DNA of 64,000 nt from Macrostomum lignano. Lineage: Eukaryota. The DNA lies in the NCBI GenBank assembly GCA_002269645.1, contig NIVC01002762.1:1-64000 (forward strand). The letters run 5' to 3'. A model generated the notes under the pieces. That model saw only the letters and a list, made by a program, of their open reading frames with translations. It made no database searches and was not told where the DNA came from. The position numbers and the translations under genes were made by a program. This document shows positions 1-10,400 of the stretch, piece after piece. How positions within the stretch are numbered: the first letter of the stretch is position 1; every line of letters starts with the position of its first letter.

Positions 1-935
1 TTCTAATGCGTGTCTTACCTGCCGTTTTGAAGATGGATCAGCTGCGCAAGCGGTGGCAGACCGTTTGCAGCAAGAGTTTCTGACACGACTTCAGCGCCGG
101 CGTCTGAGATGCTACGGAGGAGCGGGCCGCGATGACCGTCGGCCTGGACGGTGGCCCTCTGGCTGATAGTGCTAATGTGACGGATGCGGCGCAGCAGATT
201 CAACGTCGGGAGCATAACATAGGGCGCCCAGTGAAACTGGACAAGCTAGTTGCTGTTGCGGCGAGTGTCAGCCTGGTGGTCAACACACAGAAGACCGTCG
301 TGCTCTGCGTGCCGGACGACATCGAGGCTGCGATTTGTGCGAGGCGCTGATGGACAGGCAACAGCTTCCGCGTTGTCAGCAGTTTGTCTACCTCGGCGGT
401 CTGGTTCCGGCGTCCGCGAGGCCTGGGCTGCCTTTCGTTCTGTAAGGGCAGTCCTGCAGTCCGAGGCCTTACCTGACCGCCAGAGGGCGGCGTTGTTTCA
501 GGCGTGTGATCGAGACCGTCCTGCTTTACAACGCCGAGACCTGGACGCTGACGGATTCGCTCGAACAGCTGGTCGATGCGGCGCACGCTGGCCTGCTGCG
601 CGTCGCCTTCAAGATCGGCTATGAGCGAGTCACCAATGCGGCACTCTATCGCCGCACCGGCCTGTCCCGTCCCAGCGAACTGTTGCACCATCGGCGACTC
701 CAACTAGCAGGCCATTTCATCCGAGCCGAGTCGTACTGCCCAGAGCCGGTGCAGGAGGTGCTGCTCTAACGCTGCAGGCACCACCGCGGGGGGCTGGTGC
801 GCACTCGGCATTTCGTCGACTGCCTGCTGGCTGACGCCGGCGCCCCGGATTCGGCCGGCGGCGTGGCGTTCATTCGCGACCTGGCCTTGAAGTGCGCCCT
901 GGGACGCTAAATGCGTATTCTGTTGTTGTTGTTGT
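1..935 (+). mobile_element. Degenerate, internally deleted RTE-like non-LTR retrotransposon, 3' end
   Basis: Broken frames encode RT C-terminal segments (LVAVAASVSLVVNTQKT; ETVLLYNAETWTLT; RRLQLAGH) with frameshifts and stops. The element ends in a (TTG)n tail at 921-935. Confidence 0.85.
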
Positions 936-1018
936 ATACCACTAATTGATCAATTTATGAACCTTATGACGACCTTAACAACTACACTGGTAGACATTGA
1001 AAAGTATCCACCCTGAGC

Positions 1019-1231
1019 TAGTGAGCCACTTCTCTCCAATCGCAACTGCAAGTTACGCAATTGGCATCCCGCGATTCCCGCGCGGGGAACGGCACGATCA
1101 TATTATTCAAACTATCGCGCATGCACGCTATTATTCCTTTAGTGTGCAATTGAATAATACCGCGTCTCCGCGCGCGGGATGCAAGTTGCGTAACTTGCAG
1201 TTGCGATCGGAGAGTATTAAACGGCTCACTA
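1019..1231. mobile_element. Palindromic MITE-like foldback (~213 bp)
   Basis: TAGTGAGCC...GGCTCACTA termini. Inner arms CTCTCCAATCGCAACTGCAAGTTACGCAATTGGCATCCCGCG and its near-exact reverse complement at ~1172-1213. No TSD seen. Confidence 0.7.
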
Positions 1232-1467
1232 AAAGTAAGCCATTAAAAGTAAGAATTAAAAGTAATTCTAAGTCAAGCTATTCGGTAGCTCATTAAGGGG
1301 TGTTGTAACCTCACTTAGTTAAATATATTTCGGGCTGTTGTTGGTCGTTTGGGGGCACGTGATATTGCGCATTTTTATGGCGTATTCACATTTTTTATGC
1401 AGAACATTACGTTATTACAAACAATTCATTGTTTGTAGGATCGTCAAAGCAGCATAACAATGCTAAG

Positions 1468-1548
1468 AATCAGCGGTCCCAGTGCGTGACAACGATTGTC
1501 TGGCGAGCGCCGGTAGACAATCGTTGTCTCGCACTGGGACCGCTGATT
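1468..1548. other. Near-perfect 81-nt hairpin (34-bp stem, 1 mismatch, 13-nt loop)
   Basis: AATCAGCGGTCCCAGTGCGTGACAACGATTGTCT pairs with AGACAATCGTTGTCTCGCACTGGGACCGCTGATT. Confidence 0.9.
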
Positions 1549-1949
1549 ATTTATCCATTGCACGTCGCTCTGTAAATCAAATATATAAGCACTGAAAGTA
1601 AGTAATCGGTATGTTATTCCACCCAAAAGCTGAGTCTTTTACCCTGTAAAGGGGAATCGTAATATCTAGCTGATATTTAGCCGTTCGAATTTTCGATACA
1701 TATGACGTCGCTATCCGTCGATGTAATGCAAAAGTACATATTTGTCGATAGACGTCGGCGACTTCGGATTGCAGGTTAAATTCTGTAAGCAAAATTCCTG
1801 CTAGCAAGTTTTATAGTAAAAAATTCCTGCAACTAACTTCGGCAAGCAGCCGATATCTTGCTACTCGTAGCAAATATCTTATACCCTCGATTGTATGCAC
1901 AACCTAGCAAACATGCACTAAATAGTAATACAAAAAATAAAAAGTGTAG

Positions 1950-3790
1950 AATGCGCAGGGAGGCAGTTCCGGACATCCAATTTGCACTCCGTGACCCCAC
2001 TCAGCCTATCCGCTTCCCTTTGCCCGAGCTCAATGAACCGGAAATCTAAGTGTCTGAGTAGAATCTAAGTGGAAATCCTTCTGTATACTGCAGGAAAAAG
2101 GTTGCCGACATCTTTAAAGAGATCTCAGAGATGCGTCAAGCCACTGATCAGCCGGAGCGCTCGACTCGAAACGCTCGACTCACTTTTTATAGCGACGCTT
2201 ACTCCGCACTTCCAAGGACGCGACAATGTGGTTTTCACCGGTACCAATTCCGCCAGTTCACGCAGCTGGACGGGGAAGCCATCTACAGCTGGTACAACTG
2301 CAGACTGTGCAACGCGGCTGAGGCCTGCCAGTTCGGAGAGCTGCGCCAGTCCCTCATCTGCTATCAGATCGTCGCCTGCTGCCGCAGCGACTCCCTCCGC
2401 AAGCGGCTGCTCTAGGTGCCCATGCAACATCAGCCTCCCGAGGCCCTCCAGCTGGTGAGAACAAACGAAGCAGCCAGCCTGCAGGCGGCCATCATGGAGC
2501 GCTCAGCAGCTGGACCAGCTGAAGAAGCTCATGCGGCTCGCGACAAGCGCCCCGCCAGGTACCCGCCAGCCAGCCCGTCTGACAAATGCCTGCGGTGCGG
2601 AGAGCCCGGCCACCGCACATGCAACCGGGCCCAAGGCAAGCGCTGCAGCAACTGCGGAAAGCTGCAACACCTGGCGAAGGCCTGCCTAAGCGGCCGCGCA
2701 CGCATCAACATGGCAGAGCCTGAGCCAGAGGAACCAGCAGTGGCGCACCTAACGGAGGCGGTATTCTCCAGCCTCGACCCCAGCCGCAAAAGCGTCACCT
2801 TCAAAGCGGTCATCAACGGCTCGAACGTACCCGTCCTAATCGACAGCGGCGCTAGCTGCAACGTGCTCAGCCAGCAGACCCTTCGCCTAACGGGAGCACC
2901 CAAGCGGGCGCTTCAGCCTACACACACAAGGTTGCATCAAGGGTGTCTCAGTCAGCATCCAACAGAAGGAAGAAGCGGTGCCAGTCTGCCACCTCCGTCT
3001 CGAGTCTCGGTGCATCTCCGAACCGCCGTGGAAAAGGAGCTGAAGAACCAGCTGGCAGCCGCGGCATCCTGGAGTGAGTGACGCGGCCCAGCACCTGGAG
3101 TTCACGTAATGGTATTCACGCAGGACCCGTTGGATGTCAATATAAGTACGTCATCCCAGAAAAGCAGCCAATACCGACCTTCGAAGAAGTCACCGACGAG
3201 ACAGCATGGCTCCACCTATTTCTTCAAACTGGATGTTGCCAAAAGGCCTTCCACCAGATCGAGGTCAGCGAGGAGTCACGGCAGCTGCTTACTTTCTCAA
3301 CACCTCTAAGCCTGCTCCGCCTCAAGCGCCTTTGCATGGGGATTTACCTCAGCGTCCGAAATCCTACAGCGCGTCATGACATCCCTGAGCAGTTTGAGAG
3401 GCGAGCGGTGGGTCCATGACGACATCATCATCTTTGCCACCACCCACAAAAGAGCACAACGAGAGGCTGCGCAACTGCACAAACTCACACAGGAGTGCAC
3501 TGCGGCCCTAACTTTATTTGCCTTGACGCTGCGCCAACACAACGTGACTCTGAACCCGCGCAAATGTCGCATTGCAACCCAGCAGGTCGACTTCCTGGCC
3601 ATGCGCCTCTCGCGGTGGCCTTAATCCAACCGACCGAGGAAAAGCTGGAGGCTGTGGCCAACTTCGGTCGTGGGGAGCCAACAACAAGCCTCCACCTTCC
3701 AGTCCATCAAGCAGTCGATCGCACACATGCACAGTACCCCGCTGGCCTTCTTCAACAAGAACTGCGAGACCAGGCTGATCGTCGACACAC
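1950..3790 (+). mobile_element. Decayed Ty3/gypsy LTR retrotransposon internal region (gag-PR-RT-RNaseH start)
   Basis: Gag remnants (LLYTAG, QFRQFTQLDGE), two CCHC knuckles (CLRCGEPGHRTC, CSNCGKLQHLAKAC), aspartic protease LIDSGAS, RT motif HDDIIIF and RNaseH start (TRLIVD). Many frameshifts and deletions. No LTR pair found. Confidence 0.9.
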
Positions 3791-4447
3791 ATGTAGCACA
3801 TGGCATATGCAAAATCAGCATAAACATAGTATGTCTGTACGCAAGCAAATATTGTCTCTCTCATCTAGCTAGTTAAATAGCTAGCTTTTTGGGTACACCG
3901 CGGCCCCAAATTTCAATCCCCGCGCGCTCTGCCTGGGTTTGAACTAGCTACTGGGTGTACTGTGTACATGCAACACACACCCTAGCTGAGTTAAAGAAAA
4001 AGAAATGAACGCAAACGGAGAGAGGGGGAGAGAAAGATAGCTAGCCCAGACTGAACAACCAAAGCCCGCACGCAGGCTGAACACATTTCTTGGAATAAAA
4101 GCTACGTTCTTTCAACGTTTGGCCAGAAAAGCACACGAAAAAACAGCCACTTATTAGACTAGAGTAGGTTAGAGTTTATCAAATTTAATTAACCAGAAGT
4201 GTACATTACTAATAATAAGGCAGCTATAGCTCTCTGAGCTGTCGCAAGTTTTTGCAGTAGAAATAGACAGCTTGGTACCTTAATTCTTTTTCATAGAATT
4301 TCGATCATTCAAACTTACAATTCCAAGAAATCAAATCGACAAGCAGCTAGAGGCTAGAGCTTCTGGTGCATTAAATTTGTGTTGTCGAGTCTAAATTTCC
4401 TCATGTCTTTTGCTTCAGTTGGCCAGCTTCAGCAGCAGCAAGCACCA

Positions 4448-7400
4448 ATGAGCCTTCTGGACGAGGACTTTGAAGTAATTAGTAGCGATCAGTCAATCAG
4501 TCCTTACGAGATGTCGCTTTTGCCACCCCAACAACATCCGCCGCCGCCGCAACCCCCTGCTTCTGCTTCTACCAGTGAAGTTCAGAACCTGCGAGGATAT
4601 AACGCAGGTATGGCTATAGAAATAGTTCAGTTCTGTTTTTTTATTTTCATTAAAACATAGGCCTAATGTGTATCTCTATATTAATATTTGGCAGATCAGA
4701 ATCATTTTACAATTTTAATATCTTATTCTTTTTTTTCTAATTTAATAATTAGAATCCAGTCTTCTAGGATTTAGAAATTAGAAATTCACTGACTAAAGCG
4801 AGTTCAGCATCTTACTTAGGCCTAGTGTTTGAGTCCTATCCTTATTAGGTCTAGAGATCAAAATTTAGATCTCTACTAGATCTAAATTAAATCTACTTTT
4901 TGAGATCAAATTTTAGGAATTTTTAATTAACTTTCAGATTTAGTTAGAGACTAAGGTTTATAAATCATAATTCATTATATTATAGTTTAGGGCCTATCCT
5001 ATATCATTTATATTAAGGCTAGGGTGTAGATCTGATAATTTTTAAGACATAAAAATTTCATTATTTTCTTTCTAGTTCTAAGCCTAAGGATCATTAGAAT
5101 AATTAGAATTTGGGATCTAGGGATCACTATTATATTAGAATCCTAGGATTTATCTTTAGTGATGTTTGTTAAATTCATAGGATTTGGGATTTTTGGATTT
5201 ATAGTAGTGATGGACCGAATGTGGATTTTTGCAAGTTTCCGAAACCGAATCCAAATGTACAAAAAAAATCCGAATCCAAATCCGAATGTTTCCGAATGTA
5301 AGCAAAAAGTGTAAGGTAAACGGCGGGAGTAGCTATGACTCTTTTAATTTACGAAAATGTCTCGTCATCTAATTAGTGCGCATATAAATTGACTGACAAG
5401 ATTCCATCTCTCCTGGGATTATATTCGTACTCGTACTTTTATCTTAGGGGTCGGATGTGATCACAATCGTGAATTCAAGACCATTTTTTCACGATAGTGA
5501 TTTTGTTGAAACCTGTTCCAACAGTTGTGAATTTGTGGTAGGCCGGTCTACCACTGGGGTGAACGACGGCAGGCCTCCAGCGCGGACAATGGCGGGACAA
5601 ACCGCCCAATTCCTTAGGATGACGAATTGATGTCATGTTTTAATTTTGTTCCCTGGTTTTTTCCCCCGGTTGTCCCCGCCTTTGCTCCCTCATCTGTTCC
5701 CTTTTCTGTTCCCTTCCCTTGTCCCATCCTCTGTCCCACCCCTGGGATCTTTCACGCCAATATGTTATATATGCGTTGACTTTGGAGTCATCTTTTACCT
5801 CCTCCTCTTCTTTGGTTCTTGTTGTTGTTGGTTTGATTGTTTGTTACCTTTCCTCCTTTTCGTTCTGCTCCTGTATCTCGCGTAGTTATAATAACGAATC
5901 ATAATAATAACGAACTAATAAAAAGTCCGGAACTAACATCTAATATTTATTCAGTTGTTCAGAATCGAAGCCTTTAGTTTCAATTGAGTCATTTGCCCTC
6001 GGGGCGTAAAATAACCAATCAGTCTCATCTCAAAGAAAGCTCTGAGACCCTCTACGTTCCGTAAAACGACATTTACGGTGGTGGCAGCGCTACTTTACTA
6101 CTGAGAGTAACACAACTAGCAATCTCAACAAATTACGAGTTTATGGTGTCTTAGGACCCATTCTGAACGACTCGGGTCGCTACTAGACCGCTCGACTGCA
6201 ATTACAACTACCCTCCCCCCAGAATTGAGGACCCGGCAGATGGAGTAACCAAGGAGAAGAATCAACGCAATTGTACAATTTTTCCGGCTTTACGTGCCGA
6301 CGACAAACCCAACCCTAATCTTACAATTTCAAAAATTTTATTTTCTTCTCCACCCCACCTCAAATTTCTGATTATGTTTTTATTAGAAATATAACTCTTC
6401 TACTTGATTTACCAAAAAACGTGAACACAAATGTGTAAAGAATTAACAAATTTTAAATTTGTTGACTTGACAGCATTACAGCCAAGTAGCTATTATCAAT
6501 ATACGAGTATGATTTCTTTTCTTGTTTGTTATTTTCAACACTTGTAACTTACGAGCTCAATATACATGTATGCTAATATAAATTCACAATCACGATCACG
6601 CCTGACTTTGAAAAATTCACGCATGACCAAAATCTTCTACTTGTCCGACCTCTACTGATATCTATCGCGAAACCAAATTTAAAGAGACGGACTTAGATAG
6701 GAAATTCAGTTCTACTTCTACCGTGTTACATGAACATCTAATTCTAGTACTACTGACTATAGCTAATGAGTGACATATAATATATACAGTGCAATTATGA
6801 TAATTTTACCGTACATACATACAGTCTGTGTGACCCGTGCAGTTGCAGTTTTGCATTTTGAAAAAACCTGTTATTACACTTGAACAATAATTACCAAAAT
6901 ATTTCCGTAACTTTAGGTTTATTGTCTTACGGGTCCCTAGGTTTAGTAAATTTACTTATTCAACTTTTTTCAAACATATATTGCTGCAAAAATAGACAAT
7001 CGTAGAAAAAAAGAATAACGTGATAGATTTTGCTCTTTGCCTTTTAATTTTCTTTCTTTTTAGTTTTTAGTTTCTTTATTTAACGGGTTGCATGCTTTGG
7101 TTTCTTGATTTGTAATATTTATTTTAGATTTGAATTTTAGAAGCACATTCGGAAATATTTGGAAAAAAAATTTCTGAATCCGAAACATTCGGATTCCTAT
7201 GAAAGTAAGACTTTTTTCGGATTCGGATTCTGAATCCGAATATTCAGATCCATCACTAATTTATAGATCTCTTATTAAAATCCTAGGATTGGGGATTTGA
7301 AAATCACTATTCAGAACCCTAGAATTGGATTTTTGGGATCACTATTAGAATCTTAAGATTGGGAACTTGGGAATCACTATCAGAATCCTATTATTGGAAT

Positions 7401-10400
7401 TATATAAATCACTATTAGAATCCCAAGATTAGGAATTTGGGGATTACTATCAGAATCCCAAGGTTAAGGATTTCCAATTTGGGGATCACAATCAGAATCT
7501 CAGGGTTGGGAATTTGGTGATCATTATTAGAATCACAAGGTTAAGGATTTCTGATTTGGAGATCAGAAATATCAAAATCTATAAATCTGATATATATATA
7601 TATCAGAATCCTAGGATTAGGGATTTGGGGATCACTATCAGAACCCCACGATTGGGAATTTGGAAATCACTATCAGAATCCCAAGATTGGGAATACAGGG
7701 ATCATTATCAGAATCCCAGGATTGGGGATTTAGAGATCACAATAACAATCCCAGGATTTAGGATTTGAGATCACAATTAAAATCCCAATATTGGGGAAAA
7801 CAATCTGTTTGAGAAGCACAGTTTAGATTCCCAGGGTTTTAGATATAAAGCTGCGATTTAAAAATGGATTTGATTTGAAATGGAAATGAATTTGATAATC
7901 TGATCCACTTTCAGATATCCTAGTTGCCAATCCTTCAGCCAATGAGCTGGCTCTGCAGCAGCTGGTTGAAACAATAAAACAACGCTTTGACAGTCTGCAT
8001 GGGGGATTGGCCAATAACAATCAGGTATTGGAGGGCTTGACTGCCAAGTTGCAGTGCCAGCAATTATCAGCAAATAGCTCTGCTACTAGAGGCAGTCCTT
8101 CTGGTCAGGATACTACAGATGGTCAGGTGAATATCATGTTTATTGGTAATAATAAATGTTATGCAGTACATGCATATGTTTTTTCATGACCTTCAAGTCA
8201 CGATTTAGTAATCCTTCATGGCAAAAATTCGGACGTAGTACTAATTAGGTGACGAGGCATTTAGCCTCAACTTTACAGTCATAGTTACTCCTGCCGTTTA
8301 CCCCAAATACGTTAATTTTGCTTACACATTTAAGTCGCATTTTTTGTCAAAAGGTAAGTGTCACGTCCGGTTTAAATCAGAGAGTTGCACATGTATGGTG
8401 ACAATCATGTTAAAATAATGTTCAAGCCACGGTTTACAGTAATGTACTGATCATGTTTAAATTAAACCATGTCTCCACTGTAAAAATGAACAGTGCAAAC
8501 CCAAGTAGCTTCTCAAACGCATTAAACAGGACTTTCAGGAACTGCGCTCCGAGCTAGCAAAGCTGCGCAATCGCCAAGAAGAGTGGCAGCAGACCATTGA
8601 CGACTACGCCAAGCTGAAGAGCCAGTACGGCCTGCTGATCAACACTAGAGAGAGGTTGGAAGAGGAGCGGGACGAACTGCTCCGGCGGATACAGCAACAG
8701 CAACAGGACAAAAATAAACAGACTGAGTCAGAGGCTGCTGCAGCTTCCCAAACCGATGATCAGATGAGGAAGAGAGTCTGCGAGCTGGAGTCTTTGCTGC
8801 AAGAGAAGATTGATGAGTGAGCCGCAATCTCTTGTCTCCCCTCTCCTGTCTCCCCTCTCTTGTCTACCCTCTCCTGTCTCCCCCTCTCTTGTCTACCCTC
8901 TCCTGTCTCCCCCTCTCCTGTCTACCCTCTCCTGTCTCCCCCTCTCCAGTCTCCCCCTCCTATCTCCCCTCTACACTCTCCCCTTTACACTCTCCTCTCC
9001 GGTCGCCCCCTCTTTAGTCTCCCCATATCCATTTCTCGTGTCTCCGGTCTGCTTACACTTACCTTAGCATGAGCAGTGAGCAGGCGAACACTTGTTTACG
9101 CAAGCTCAAAATGTTTTGCTCCGCAGAATCGCCAGCCTGTCAGACGCAAATTGTACTTTTAGAAACGAACTACAAACGCTGGAAATGACAAACCAGTGAG
9201 CATTCAAAAGTTTTAGGAAAATAAAATTCTCCTAACAGTTTTAAACTAATAAGTATTTTTTAATAAACAGGGAATCAAGCGAGGTTGTGGCTCAACTTAC
9301 GCAGGAGGTGAAGACACTGCGCGGCGAGTTGGACTTTGAACGGGCTAAACTGTTGTAAGTGAATAAAAGTTGATATCGTGATAATTATAATAATACTATA
9401 GGGAAGAATTGCCCCAATCTACTAGGAAAAATCGCCCTAATCTACTGGGAAGAATAACCCTAATCTATTAGGAAGAATCGCCCTTAACCTACTAAGAAGA
9501 ATCGCCCTTAATTTGCTAAGAAGAATCGCCCCTAATCTACTGGAAAGAATCACCCCTAATCTACTGGGAAGAAGTAGAATCGCCCGTAATCTACTGGGAA
9601 AAATCGCCCCTAATCTACTGGGAAGAAGAAGAATCGCCCGTAATCTACTGGGAAGAATCGCCCTAATCTACTAGGAAGAATCGCCCTAAACTACTGGGAA
9701 GAATAACCCTAATCTATTAGGAAGAATCGCCCTTAACCTACTAAGAAGAATCGCCCTTAATTTGCTAAGAAGAATCGCCCCTAATCTACTGGGAAGAATC
9801 ACCCCTAATCTACTGGGAAGAAGTAGAATCGCCCGTAATCTACTGGGAAAAATCGCCCCTAATCTACTGGGAAGAAGAAGAATCGCCCGTAATCTACTGG
9901 GAAAAATCGCCCCTAATCTACTAGGAAGAAGAAGAATCGCCCGTAATCTACTGAGAAAAATCGCCCCTAATCTACTGGGAAGAAGAAGAATCGCCCTTAA
10001 TCTACTGGGAAGAAGAATCGCCCTTAATCTACTGGGAAGAAGTAGAATCGCCCGTAATCTACTGGGAAAAATCGCCCCTAATCTACTGGGAAGAAGAAGA
10101 ATCGCCCTTAATCTACTGGGAAGAAGAAGAATCGCCCTTAATCTACTGGGAAAAATCGCCCCTAATCTACTAGGAAGAAGAAGAATCGCCCGTAATCTAC
10201 TGAGAAAAATCGCCCCTAATCTACTGGGAAGAAGAAGAATCGCCCTTAATCTACTGGGAAGAAGAAGAATCGCCCTTAATCTACTGGGAAGAAGTAGAAT
10301 CGCCCGTAATCTACTGGGAAAAATCGCCCCTAATCTACTGGGAAGAAGAAGAATCGCCCTTAATCTACTGGGAAGAAGTAGAATCGCCCGTAATCTACTG

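Noticed and set aside
5315-5405. Functional rDNA locus
   Set aside because: Only ~90 nt match 28S, the conserved centre is mutated, and the rest of the rRNA unit is absent.
8241-8302. Intronic snoRNA guide antisense to 28S
   Set aside because: No C/D boxes or H/ACA hairpins frame the antisense stretch, and it is much longer than a guide element.
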